64,000 nt of DNA from an uncultured Fibrobacteraceae bacterium (GTDB lineage Bacteria; Krumholzibacteriota; Krumholzibacteriia; LZORAL124-64-63). This document shows, in pieces, positions 28,779 to 38,331 of the stretch; position 1 is the first letter of the stretch, and each line of letters opens with the position of its first letter. Location: NCBI GenBank assembly GCA_964559455.1, contig CAZLHO010000003.1, positions 42,963 to 106,962 on the forward strand. Direction: 5' to 3'. The notes under the pieces are model-generated. The model ran no database searches. It was not told the origin of the DNA and was given only the letters and a program-made list of their open reading frames with translations. The translations under genes were made by a program, and so were the position numbers.

Positions 28779-30083
28779 CTAGGGCAGGAAGCCGCGCACG
28801 TCCGAGAGCTTCTGCGGCAGGTACTCCTCGATCACGTAGTTCAGCCCGTGCTTGGCCAGGGCCTGCTGCTCGGCGCGCACCCCCATCTTGATCATCTGCA
28901 GCAGCGCCAGCTGCCACGGCTTGTGGTGGATCACGAAGGGGTCGTTCTTCAGGGCGTCCTTGGCCCGCTTGATGTCCACGTCCTTCAGGGGGTGGGTGGG
29001 CAGCTCGTAGTCCACGATGTCCTGCGGCGTGATGCCCAGGAAACGGGCCTGGGGCACGCAGAAGAAGCGGTTCAGGTGGGCGGCGTTGCCGCTGCCCACC
29101 TTCAGGGTGCGGTAGATGTTCATGAAGCCGTAGGGGTCGCCGTCGACGAAGACGTAGACCGGGATCTTCTTGGCGTCCGACAGGCGGCGCACGAAGCGGC
29201 GGCAGGCGCGCGTGGGCACGCCGCCCATCGAGATCAGGATGCAGCCGGCGTGCTTCCAGTAGTTGTGCTTCACCAGGCGCTGGAACATGCCCGCGGTCTC
29301 GATGCAGAGGATGAACTTGGCGTCGGTCTCGAAGCCCAGCTCCTCGACCGAGATCGGGATCGAGTAGGCGCCGCTGCCGAACTTCGTGCAGTCGATGCGC
29401 AGCTCCTCGCCGGTCTCGCCGTCGCGGTCGATCACGACCAGGCGCCCGGCCACGTCGCCGCCCTTCTCCTCGGGCACGAAGCCCATCTGCTCGCGGTTCA
29501 CGCCGTAGAAGGCCTCGACGTCCTCCATCACCGCGTCCGACTCGGGCTGCTCGCCGAAGCGGGCGTCCGCCCAGTTCTTGCTGACGTAGTAGGCCTCTCG
29601 CTTGGTGGCGATGTCGTCGGTCTCGACCAGTTCCTTGGACAGGGCCATCATCTTCAGGGTCTGGGCGAAGGTCTTGACCGTGCTCACGGTCAGGGTGCGC
29701 TCCTTGGTGCGGCCGCGCAGCTCGAAGAAGCCGACCTTGGGCTGGTAGCTGACGTTCTGCAGCGAGCGCAGCGGGAAGCGCAGCGACGGCTTGTCGCCCT
29801 TCAGGATCCGGCCTCGCACCGTGGCCGCCTCGTCGTGGATGCGCCCGAGCAGGGCGCCGCGGTCGTCGGGACCCTTCTTGGCGGCTCCGGCGGCCTTGCC
29901 CACGGCGGCCTTTGCCTGAGCGGTCTTCACGGGGGCCGTCCTGGCCGGCGCTTTTCCGGCGGCGGCCTTCTTCGCCGGCGCCGTCTTCTTCGGCGGCGGC
30001 CCGAAGGCCAGCTCGGCCTGCTTGTCGCCGGCCTTGGCGGGCGCCTTCTTCCCGGCGGTCTTCTTGCGCTTGTCCTGCGGCAA
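28779..30083 (-). CDS. top6A: Type IIB DNA topoisomerase VI subunit A (Spo11/Top6A homologue) with Lys/Ala-rich N-terminal extension
   Basis: TKREAYYVS (catalytic Tyr, 5Y-CAP). ILCIETAGMF and YVFVDGDPYG (Toprim DxD). ~75-aa KKAPAKAG/KTAPAKKAAAGK tail. TTG start at 30083. Confidence 0.8.
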   Translation of the reverse strand: MPQDKRKKTAGKKAPAKAGDKQAELAFGPPPKKTAPAKKAAAGKAPARTAPVKTAQAKAAVGKAAGAAKKGPDDRGALLGRIHDEAATVRGRILKGDKPSLRFPLRSLQNVSYQPKVGFFELRGRTKERTLTVSTVKTFAQTLKMMALSKELVETDDIATKREAYYVSKNWADARFGEQPESDAVMEDVEAFYGVNREQMGFVPEEKGGDVAGRLVVIDRDGETGEELRIDCTKFGSGAYSIPISVEELGFETDAKFILCIETAGMFQRLVKHNYWKHAGCILISMGGVPTRACRRFVRRLSDAKKIPVYVFVDGDPYGFMNIYRTLKVGSGNAAHLNRFFCVPQARFLGITPQDIVDYELPTHPLKDVDIKRAKDALKNDPFVIHHKPWQLALLQMIKMGVRAEQQALAKHGLNYVIEEYLPQKLSDVRGFLP

Positions 30084-30110
30084 CGCTTTGCCTCCGTGCG
30101 CGGCGAGGGG

Positions 30111-31619
30111 CTAGAGCCCGTAGAGCTCGCCGTACTTCTGGTTCAGGTAGTCCGCGAAGGGCGCGATCGACAGGTCGCGTCCGGTGACCTCGCGGCACAG
30201 GTCGGGGGCGGCCAGCAGCCGGCCCTTGACGTGGATCCGGCCCCGCAGCCAGTTCAGCAGCGGCGCGAACTCGCCCCGCGACGCCTGCTGCTGCAGGTCG
30301 CCCAGGTCCTCGGCGGCCTTCGCGTAGAACTGCGCCGCGTAGAGGTTCCCCAGGCTGTAGGTCGGGAAGTAGCCGAAGCTGCCGAAGGCCCAGTGGATGT
30401 CCTGCAGCACGCCCTCGGCGTCGTCGGTCGGCGTCAGCCCCAGGTACTCGCGCATCTTCTCGTTCCAGAGCCCGGGCAGGTCGGCCACGGCGATCTCGTC
30501 GCGGAAGAGCGCCGTCTCGAGCTCGGTGCGCAGCACGATGTGCAGGTTGTAGGTCATCTCGTCGGCCTCGATGCGCACGGGCGAGCGGCGCACGACGTTG
30601 GCGGCGCGATACAGGGCCTCGTCGTCGGCGTCGCCGAAGGCCTCGGGGAAGAGGCGCGTCAGCAGCGGCCGGCAGTGGGACAGGAAGGCGCGGCTGCGGC
30701 CGACCATGTTCTCCCAGAGCCGGGACTGCGATTCGTGGATGCCCAGGCTCGCCGCCTCTCCCATCGGGGTGCCGGCGTGCTCGACCGGGAAGCCCTGCTC
30801 GTAGAGGCCATGGCCGCCCTCGTGCAGGGTCGAGAAGAGCGAGTTCGAAAGGTCGCCGGTGTCGTAGTGGGTCGTCAGGCGCACGTCGCGCGGATCGACT
30901 CCCGAGGTGAAGGGATGCCGCGAGACGTCCAGGCGGCCGCGCCGGAAATCGAAGCCCATGATCTCCAGCACCCGCGTCGCTAGCTCCTGCTGCCGGGCGA
31001 CGGGGAAGCTGCCGCGCAGCAGGGCGTCGTCGTGGCGTTCGCCGCGGTCCACGACGGCCGCGACCAGGGGCACGAGCAGATTCTTCAGCTCGGCCAGCAG
31101 GGGCAGCAGGGCCGCGGTGGTCATGCCGGGCTCGTATTCGTCGAGCATGGCGTCGTAGGGCTCGCCGGCGTAGCCCACGCATTCGGCCTCGCGGCGGCGC
31201 AGCGCCGCCAGGCGCTCCAGGTTGGGGGCGAAGCGCGCCCAGTCGCGGGCGGCGCGGGCCTCGGCCCAGGCCTGCTGGGCCAGGCTGCCTTCGCGGGTCA
31301 GCTCGGTCACCAGCTCCTTCGGCACCTTCACGGCCCGGTCGCGGTCGCGGCGCGCCTCGCGCACGTTGGCCGCCTGCTCGGGCGTCAGGCCGTCGGCGGC
31401 CGCGAGCTCGTCGATCATCGCGCCCAGGGCCGGGTCGACCACCCGGTCGTGGACGATGCCGGACAGGGTGGCCCGCGAGCGGGCCCGCCCGGCGATCCCC
31501 TCGGGGGGCATGTAGGTCTCCTGATCCCAGGACAGCAGGGACTGGGCGGCGTTCAGGTCGTGGACCTCGCGGATATGCGCGAGGAAATCGGCATGGATTC
31601 CGGCGATACGTTCGGACAT
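30111..31619 (-). CDS. M32 carboxypeptidase (Taq-type thermostable carboxypeptidase family)
   Basis: HEGGHGLYE HExxH motif, HESQSRLWEN and DIHW motifs. ATG 31619 preceded by GGGAGG. Confidence 0.85.
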   Translation of the reverse strand: MSERIAGIHADFLAHIREVHDLNAAQSLLSWDQETYMPPEGIAGRARSRATLSGIVHDRVVDPALGAMIDELAAADGLTPEQAANVREARRDRDRAVKVPKELVTELTREGSLAQQAWAEARAARDWARFAPNLERLAALRRREAECVGYAGEPYDAMLDEYEPGMTTAALLPLLAELKNLLVPLVAAVVDRGERHDDALLRGSFPVARQQELATRVLEIMGFDFRRGRLDVSRHPFTSGVDPRDVRLTTHYDTGDLSNSLFSTLHEGGHGLYEQGFPVEHAGTPMGEAASLGIHESQSRLWENMVGRSRAFLSHCRPLLTRLFPEAFGDADDEALYRAANVVRRSPVRIEADEMTYNLHIVLRTELETALFRDEIAVADLPGLWNEKMREYLGLTPTDDAEGVLQDIHWAFGSFGYFPTYSLGNLYAAQFYAKAAEDLGDLQQQASRGEFAPLLNWLRGRIHVKGRLLAAPDLCREVTGRDLSIAPFADYLNQKYGELYGL

Positions 31620-31680
31620 GGGGAACCTCCCGGGTTCGGGCACGGGGAGGAAAAGGTGACGCCGCCGGGAGGGGGCGGCC

Positions 31681-33393
31681 TTACATCTTGCGGCTGCGTT
31701 CCAGGGTGTCGGTGAGCGTGACGATGATGTCCTCGCGCTCGTCCTCCTTCAGGCCCAGGATGTCGCGCAGGGCATCCCCGATGTGCGGGATGTACTTCTG
31801 GATGTAGCTCTGCTTCTTCAGGGCCTCGCGCTCGCGCACCCGGCGCCGGATGTGGCGCTGCAGCTGCCGGCCGGCCTCCTGCAGGCCCAGCCGGATCTCC
31901 TTGACGATCTCCGGGTAGTGGGCCACGGCCTCCTTGCTCTCCGACGTGAAGGGCACCCACACCGAGGCCATGTGCACCAGGATCACCAGCGGGCCGGTGG
32001 GCAGCGCGCCCCGCGACTGCTGCATGCCGTAGCTGCGCCAGTTGTTGGCGAGCACCGCCTTGTGGATGGCGCAGGCCGAGGCCTGGTAGAGCAGGGGCAC
32101 GCGGTTGGCGAAGCGCAGCACCTCGGCCAGCTCGTCGCCGGGCAGGTCGCCGCCGTAGGCCAGCCCGACCTCGATCTGGAAGGGGTTGCCGCGGTAGACG
32201 GCCGCGGGACGGGTCACCGCCGTGTAGAAGTCGGCCCGGATGCGCTGCTCCAGGCCCTTGAGCACCAGCTCGGCCCCGATCGGCGACAGGCAGTCGGTGG
32301 GCGGCGAGGGGATGCGCGTCTCGCCGATGGCGTCCAGCAGCGCCTGCACGTCCTCCTGGCCCAGCAGCCGCGGATTCTTGCGGGCGGGAAAGCCCGCGGC
32401 CTCCAGGACCTGGCCCGCGGTCTTCGGGCCGACGCGGCAGAATTCGTTGCGCAGGAACGCGGTCAGGTTGCGGCTCTTGGTCTCCTTGAGCATCTGCAGC
32501 ATGCGGCCCAGCTCGACCCCGTAGGGGTGGGGCCGGATCTCGGCGGCCTCGACCGGCAGCTCGTCGGCGGCCCGGGCGTAGACCACCTCCTCGCCGCGCG
32601 GGTTGCGGTAGACCAGGCGCACGTGGGGGTTGGCCACGGCCGTCTGCTGCAGGTAGGTGTCGACGGAGTGGTGGCCGCGCTTGTACGAACCCGCCAGCTC
32701 GATCTCCACGCGGGTGCCGTGCTCCACGTCCCAGGGCGCGGTCTCGTCCTTCTGGACCACGGGCTCGTTGCGCTTCATGTCCAGGGTCAGCTCGCAGCGC
32801 CGGGCCTCGGGCATGTCCTTGGTGCGGCTCAGGACGACCACCGGCTTGCCCGTGGTCAGCTGCCCGTACATGCCGGCGGCCGAGATGCCGATGCCCTGCT
32901 GGCCCCGGCTCTGGCGCAGGCTGTGGAACTTCGAGCCGTAGAGCAGCTTGCCGAAGATGCGCGGCACCTGGGCGCGCACGATGCCCGGGCCGTTGTCCTG
33001 GACCACGACCCGGAAGCGCTCCTCGCGCTGCGGAGGGGCGGCGCCGCGGCGTCGGCCGTTGCTCTTGCCGTTGCCGTTGTCCTCGGCGTGGGCCTCGCCG
33101 CCGTCCATCTCCAGGGAGGCCGCCGCGCGGTTCTTGCCGTTGCCGTTGGCCTGCACGGGCTGGATCTCGACCAGGATGTCGGGCAGGATCCCGGCCTCCT
33201 CGCAGGCGTCCAGGGCGTTGTCGACGGCTTCCTTGATCGTGGTCAACAGGGCCTTGGCCGGGGAGTCGAAGCCCAGCAGGTGGCGGTTCTTCGTGAAGAA
33301 CTCGCTGATCGAGATCTCCCGCTGCTTCTTCGCCATGCTCTGCGCGGTGGCGGCGGTGTGGTTGCGGGATGACTTGCGCGCGGTGGCAGGCAT
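31681..33393 (-). CDS. top6B: DNA topoisomerase VI subunit B (GHKL ATPase + transducer)
   Basis: Bergerat-fold N-box EAVDNALDA, G1 DNGPGI, G2 GQQGIGISAAG, H2TH-like and transducer regions. ATG 33393 with RBS aaggaacggag. Low-complexity insert between the N-box and G1. Confidence 0.8.
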   Translation of the reverse strand: MPATARKSSRNHTAATAQSMAKKQREISISEFFTKNRHLLGFDSPAKALLTTIKEAVDNALDACEEAGILPDILVEIQPVQANGNGKNRAAASLEMDGGEAHAEDNGNGKSNGRRRGAAPPQREERFRVVVQDNGPGIVRAQVPRIFGKLLYGSKFHSLRQSRGQQGIGISAAGMYGQLTTGKPVVVLSRTKDMPEARRCELTLDMKRNEPVVQKDETAPWDVEHGTRVEIELAGSYKRGHHSVDTYLQQTAVANPHVRLVYRNPRGEEVVYARAADELPVEAAEIRPHPYGVELGRMLQMLKETKSRNLTAFLRNEFCRVGPKTAGQVLEAAGFPARKNPRLLGQEDVQALLDAIGETRIPSPPTDCLSPIGAELVLKGLEQRIRADFYTAVTRPAAVYRGNPFQIEVGLAYGGDLPGDELAEVLRFANRVPLLYQASACAIHKAVLANNWRSYGMQQSRGALPTGPLVILVHMASVWVPFTSESKEAVAHYPEIVKEIRLGLQEAGRQLQRHIRRRVREREALKKQSYIQKYIPHIGDALRDILGLKEDEREDIIVTLTDTLERSRKM

Positions 33394-33501
33394 GAGACTC
33401 CGTTCCTTCCTGCCGGGAAGGGCTGACCAGAGGTTGCTGTTCGTGCGGCCCAACAGTACGGGAGGGCCCGGGCGATTGCAAGCCGGGCCTGACGGCGGGG
33501 G

Positions 33502-34350
33502 TCAGATCTCGGCGATGATGAAGAACGGGCTGAGCCGGAACAGGTCGACGGCCAGCCGGCGGAGGCGGCCACGGGGGATGCGGGCGGCCAGGGCCTCGCT
33601 CGGAAGGTAGCAGGCGCCGGGCAGGACGGTGAAGCGGGGCAGCCAGGGCAGGCGGCGGTACATCCGGTCCCGGAACAGCGGCGAGCGGACCCGCCGGAAC
33701 CCCGCCGCGCGGAGCATCGGCAGCAGGGAGCGGAAATCGTATTCCCGCAGGTGGAAGCAGGTGCTCTCGGCGTCGAAATGGCGCGAGACGTCGTGGGGGC
33801 CGGTCAGGCGGGAGGGGGTGTCGAAGACGTAGCGGCCGCCGGGCCGCAGCACGCGGCGCACCGCGGCCAGGTGGCGCGGCGCGTCGTCGGGGTGCAGGTG
33901 CTCCAGCAGCTGGTTGCTGATCACCACGTCGAAGCTCGCGTCGGGGATGACGGCCAGGTCCACGGCGTCGCCGAGCACGAAGGAGATGTTGGCGGGACGC
34001 TCGGCCTCGGGCATCAGCACCTCGGCCGAGACGTCCAGGCCCACGCAGCGGCGGTGCTGCGCGGCCAGCGCGATCAGCTGGTCGCCGCGGCCGCAGCCGA
34101 TGTCCAGCAGTTCCTTGTCCCGACCCGTGAAGCGCATGAAGGGTGCGTAGCCGACCTCCAGGTAACGCTTCTGGGCCTCGCCGCGGCGGAGGCCGTCGTG
34201 CCAGGTCACCTTGCGGAAGAGCTCGTCGTAGGCGGCGATCGTCACCTGCCGGCGCTCGTCGGCCGGGGCGTTGCGGATGCGGTCGGCCAGCTCCCGTTCC
34301 AGCCGGTAGTGGAACTCGATCTGCTCGGGAGTGGGTGGAATCGGCGGCAC
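33502..34350 (-). CDS. Class I SAM-dependent methyltransferase (paralogue 2), GTG start overlapping upstream stop
   Basis: LLDIGCGRGDQ motif I. VISNQLLEHLHPDD...LRPGG. GTG 34350..34348 shares a base with the TAG of the upstream gene. Confidence 0.75.
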   Translation of the reverse strand: MPPIPPTPEQIEFHYRLERELADRIRNAPADERRQVTIAAYDELFRKVTWHDGLRRGEAQKRYLEVGYAPFMRFTGRDKELLDIGCGRGDQLIALAAQHRRCVGLDVSAEVLMPEAERPANISFVLGDAVDLAVIPDASFDVVISNQLLEHLHPDDAPRHLAAVRRVLRPGGRYVFDTPSRLTGPHDVSRHFDAESTCFHLREYDFRSLLPMLRAAGFRRVRSPLFRDRMYRRLPWLPRFTVLPGACYLPSEALAARIPRGRLRRLAVDLFRLSPFFIIAEI

Positions 34351-35234
34351 TACTTGCGTCCGACGATGAAGATCGAGCTCGGCCCGTCGTCCGGAAGCCG
34401 GGTTCCGGAGAAGAGGGGATCGAACCAGCTGAAACCGAACATCAGGCGGCGGAACAGGCGTACGAGCCGCCGGAAGAGGGTCGGGTTCCCGAACGAGAAG
34501 ATCGCGGCCAGGAACTCGGAATTGACGGTCGCCGCCGCGGTGCCCAGTCCCGCGTTCACGCCCTGGCGGACAACCGTGAAGTCCTTCATCAGCTCGGACA
34601 GCCCTCGCGGCGTGTAGCGCCAAAAGTCGGAGTACATGTGGACGCACTGCAGGAAGGGCACGTCGACGAAGATCCAGCCGCCGGGCTTGAGCACCCGGCG
34701 CATCTCGGCGACCACCCGCCGGGGATCGCGGACGTGCTCCAGGACCGCCTGGGAAACCACGAAGTCGAAGCTCGCGTCGGGGAAGGGGATGGCGTGGCCG
34801 TCGGCGACGATGTCGACGACCGGACCCGGCTCGACTTCGAGGTTGACGAAATTGGCGAGGATCTTGCCGCCGAGAAGATCGATGTCCTTGCCGTAGCTCT
34901 GGATCCCGCCGCCCACGGCCAGGGTGACGGGGCGGGAGGGAAGGTTCTCGGCGATGAAGGCCATGTTCTCGCGGGTGACCGGCGAGCGATAGCTGTCGGG
35001 CAGGGCCTCGATCAGGCGGTCGAAGGTCCGCTTGAGGGGGCCGCGTCGCCGTGGCGGCTTGCCGGCCTCGGGATGGAGCAGGACCTCGTTGTGTTCCGCC
35101 AGCAGGACCGGGACGCCCGCGATGAAGCGATAGGTCCGATCGCAGCCGGGACAGTTCAGTTCCTCATCGCCGCGCACCAGATCGTGACGGCAGGCTGGAC
35201 AGATGAGGTTGTCCATCAGGGCGGATTTGCTCAT
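34350..35234 (-). CDS. Class I SAM-dependent methyltransferase (paralogue 1) with N-terminal Trm112-like zinc ribbon
   Basis: ATG 35234. CPACRHDL...CPGCDRTY Zn ribbon. TLAVGGG...VVSQAVLEHVRDP...LKPGG. Confidence 0.75.
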   Translation of the reverse strand: MSKSALMDNLICPACRHDLVRGDEELNCPGCDRTYRFIAGVPVLLAEHNEVLLHPEAGKPPRRRGPLKRTFDRLIEALPDSYRSPVTRENMAFIAENLPSRPVTLAVGGGIQSYGKDIDLLGGKILANFVNLEVEPGPVVDIVADGHAIPFPDASFDFVVSQAVLEHVRDPRRVVAEMRRVLKPGGWIFVDVPFLQCVHMYSDFWRYTPRGLSELMKDFTVVRQGVNAGLGTAAATVNSEFLAAIFSFGNPTLFRRLVRLFRRLMFGFSWFDPLFSGTRLPDDGPSSIFIVGRK

Positions 35235-35421
35235 GTTCGACTCTAGAATTAAGTTCACGCATCGCTGGATCGTTGACCCCGGATTTCGACGATGATAGCA
35301 TCCGCCCGCCGCAGGAAGCGATTGTTTTCGCTGACATTTATGTGATACCGGAGTCCCGCGGGGCAGGAGCGGCCGGGGAGCTTTCGCGCAGCGGCCGGTC
35401 CAGTCCAGCGAGGGGTGCCCG

Positions 35422-36540
35422 ATGTCCAGGCCGGTCCTGCTCCAGCTCACGGGTCTCACCAGCCTCAAGTACGGCGGCATCGAACGCTACCTGTGCGCAG
35501 TGTCCGCGGAATGCAGCCGGCGCGGCTGGAGCACCATCGTCCAGTTCGAAGCCCCGCCCGCTACGGAGAATATCGTCGCCGATTTCACGGCCGCCGGAGC
35601 GCGGCTGGAGTACTTCCCCACGAATCGTAACGGCTGGTCCGCGCGGCGGGGCATCATTTCCTGCCTGCGCCGCCACCGACCGGACATTCTCCACGTCCAT
35701 TTCACGAGCCGAGACAGCCTGCTGCTCACGCCGCGCCTGGCCCGGCTGCTCGGGACGAAGACGTCCGTCTCGACCCTTCACGGATTGGTCCATGATCAGG
35801 CTGGATGGGTCTGGCGGGTCGGCTACCGGGCCTTCGACCACATCGTTCCCGTCAGCGACGCCGTCGCCCGGTCCGCCGAGAGGGGCGGGTTCGGGCGCAA
35901 CCTGCGGCAACCCCTGTATCTGGGGCTCTTCGGCGACCCCGCGCCCGATCCGGCGCGCCGGGCGAGCACGCGGGCGGAGTTCGGCATTCCCGAACAGGCG
36001 CCCGTCGCCGCCTGCATCACCTTCGATGCGCGCATCAAGGGCGTCGACGTCCTGATGAGGGGCTTCGCGCTGCTCCGGGAGTCCGTGCCCGAGGCGAGGC
36101 TTCTCGTCGTGGGAATCGATCCGCGCAATTCTGATCTGCCGCGGATGGCAGACGAACTGGGTGCCGGGGACGGAGTGATCTGGGCGGGAATCCGGGACGA
36201 TGCCTGGCGCCTGTTCGACGCCGCCGACGTCTATGTCCAGCCCTCGCGATCCGAGGGGCTGCCGCTGGCCATCCTGGAGGCGATGGCGCTCGCCCTGCCC
36301 GTCGTGGGCAGCGATGTGGGCGGCATCCCCGAGGCGGTGGTCGATGGGGAGACGGGCCGCCTCGTGCCGGTCGAGGACCCGGTCGCCCTGGCCGACGCCG
36401 TGCAGGGGCTCTTCGCCGACGCCGGTCGAAGACGGGCCTGGGGCGAGGCCGGGCGCCGCCGCTACCAGGACATCTTCAAAGGGCCCGAATCCGTGCGGCG
36501 GCTGGTTTCCGAGTATTACGGCATTCCCGAACTGCAGTAG
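35422..36540 (+). CDS. GT4-family glycosyltransferase
   Basis: C-terminal EGLPLAILEAMA...PVVGSDVGGIPE signature. Confidence 0.85.
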   Translation: MSRPVLLQLTGLTSLKYGGIERYLCAVSAECSRRGWSTIVQFEAPPATENIVADFTAAGARLEYFPTNRNGWSARRGIISCLRRHRPDILHVHFTSRDSLLLTPRLARLLGTKTSVSTLHGLVHDQAGWVWRVGYRAFDHIVPVSDAVARSAERGGFGRNLRQPLYLGLFGDPAPDPARRASTRAEFGIPEQAPVAACITFDARIKGVDVLMRGFALLRESVPEARLLVVGIDPRNSDLPRMADELGAGDGVIWAGIRDDAWRLFDAADVYVQPSRSEGLPLAILEAMALALPVVGSDVGGIPEAVVDGETGRLVPVEDPVALADAVQGLFADAGRRRAWGEAGRRRYQDIFKGPESVRRLVSEYYGIPELQ

Positions 36541-36573
36541 AGAGACGCGACCCGCCCGGCGGCATGGCGCTTC

Positions 36574-37617
36574 CTAGCGGAAGAGGGCCTTGACGCGGCC
36601 CAGGGTCCGGGACTCGGCCGGCACCGGCACGTTGTCGCAGAGGATCTCGAGAGTGAAGGCGCCGTCGCCCTCGAAGTCGCCGCCCTCGGTGGTCAGGGGG
36701 CGGAAGGCGTCCACGCCCAGGTAGAAGACCCCGGCTTCGCCGGTGTCGTTCTCGTAGTCCAGCACCTCGCCGACCCCGGCCAGGCCCCGGTCGACGGCGG
36801 CCACGCAGACGGCGTCGGGGCCGACTCCGGAGAAAAGCCAGAGGGCGCCGTCGAAGACGATCTGGCTCAGCTCGGCGCGGAAGACGGCGGTATCCGGCAG
36901 GGTGACGGCGAACCAGACCTCGCCGCCCTTCTCCAGGTAGTCGGAGCAGCCGGCCGCGGCCGTCAGCAGGTCGGGCCGGTCGAAGATGTTGTCCAGGGCC
37001 GTGGCCCCCTCGACGTTGCAGGCCAGCGGCCGGGCGGCGGCGGCGACGGCGGGGTCCAGCCCCGCGGCGCCGGCGGCCAGGCTCAGCTCGTAGGCGCCCG
37101 CCGCGGCCGTGGCCGGATCCTGGCCCAGCCCGTCGACCACCAGCAGGTAGTCGCCGGCCTCGAGCTCGACGGCGAATTCGGCGTTGGCCCAGGCCACGCA
37201 GGCGTCGCTGTCGCAGTCCGAGAGCAGCAGCACGTCCAGGTCGGGCACCGGGTCCAGCAGCACGTGCAGCCGGGCGGCCTCGGGCAGGTGCAGGCGATAG
37301 AGATCCTCGCCGCCGGCCAGGAACCAGGCGGCGCAGGGGTAGTCCGAGACGCGGTCGGGCGCGGTCGAGGTGTCGCCGCTCCACGTGGTGTCGAATCCGG
37401 CGGTCACGGTGATCAGGGGCGCGGCGGCGCAGTCGATGGGCACGCGCAGCGGCGCGACGGCCGGCTTCGCGGGCAGGACGCGGGCGGGCTCGTCCTTGGG
37501 GAGCGCGACGGGGGGATGAGTGACGGGGACGCCGGCGCCTTGGCCCGGGCCTGCGGCGGCCAGGACCCAGAGGGCGATAGCGAACGGGATCGAGCTGTCT
37601 AAACGAAGGCGGCGCAT
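36574..37617 (-). CDS. Secreted protein with two PPC-like repeats, ending in conserved tail ...VPVPAESRTLGRVKALFR
   Basis: ATG 37617 with RBS gagga. Signal peptide. Internal duplication (SDYPCAAWF... / CSDYLEKGGEVWF...). C-terminal tail shared with the 12732..13271 protein. Confidence 0.65.
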   Translation of the reverse strand: MRRLRLDSSIPFAIALWVLAAAGPGQGAGVPVTHPPVALPKDEPARVLPAKPAVAPLRVPIDCAAAPLITVTAGFDTTWSGDTSTAPDRVSDYPCAAWFLAGGEDLYRLHLPEAARLHVLLDPVPDLDVLLLSDCDSDACVAWANAEFAVELEAGDYLLVVDGLGQDPATAAAGAYELSLAAGAAGLDPAVAAAARPLACNVEGATALDNIFDRPDLLTAAAGCSDYLEKGGEVWFAVTLPDTAVFRAELSQIVFDGALWLFSGVGPDAVCVAAVDRGLAGVGEVLDYENDTGEAGVFYLGVDAFRPLTTEGGDFEGDGAFTLEILCDNVPVPAESRTLGRVKALFR

Positions 37618-37831
37618 CGAGGTCCTCACTGGGGGTACGGGAAGGCGGCGTCCTCAAACGATAGCACATGAGCGCGCAGGCGGCCAAGGTCCAGGGTCTG
37701 GGCCGGGATGCGGGCGCCGTCTCCACCGCTTGACCGGGTCGGAAAGGCGATGATACTATTCCCGGCGGTCGCCAAACCCTGATGAATCAGGGCGATGGGC
37801 GCACAAGCCGGGGCGGCGCCGCACGAAGTCA

Positions 37832-37860
37832 GTTGAGATTTAGTTTGAAAAAATGTACAA
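37832..37860 (+). promoter_or_regulatory. Near-consensus sigma-70 promoter TTGAGA-N17-TACAAT upstream of gtrA
   Basis: Direct read. AT-rich island 37830..37900. RBS aggaag before ATG 37903. Confidence 0.55.
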
Positions 37861-37902
37861 TAGTCACCTTCGGCGCCTCGAATCCCGAAACAGGAAGCGC
37901 AA

Positions 37903-38331
37903 ATGATCGATAGACTCCTGCGCCAGCCTACCGACAACACCCTGATCCAGCTCTTCCGCTACACCTTCGTCGGCGGTTTCGCCTTCGTGGTGGATTTCGG
38001 CTCCCTCTACGCGCTGACCGAATTCGCCGGCCTCCACTACCTGGTGTCGGCGGCCGTCGCCTTCCTGCTCGGGCTCTGCGTCAACTACCTGCTGAGCGTG
38101 CGCTGGGTCTTCAATTCCCGCACCATGAGCAACCGCTGGCTCGAGTTCGGGCTCTTCGCCCTGGTCGGCGTCGTGGGTCTGGGGCTGAACGAACTGATCA
38201 TCTGGTTCTTCACCGAGAAGGTCGGCCTGCACTACATGGGCTCGAAGGCGGTCTCCGCGATCATCGTCTACCTTTGGAACTTCTTCGCCCGCAAGCGCCT
38301 CCTATTCAGCCGGGAGCAAAACGATTCATGA
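37903..38331 (+). CDS. GtrA-family membrane protein
   Basis: 142 aa, 4 TM, GtrA-like pattern ([16 protein letters not shown]; [22 protein letters not shown]). Confidence 0.85.
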   Translation: MIDRLLRQPTDNTLIQLFRYTFVGGFAFVVDFGSLYALTEFAGLHYLVSAAVAFLLGLCVNYLLSVRWVFNSRTMSNRWLEFGLFALVGVVGLGLNELIIWFFTEKVGLHYMGSKAVSAIIVYLWNFFARKRLLFSREQNDS

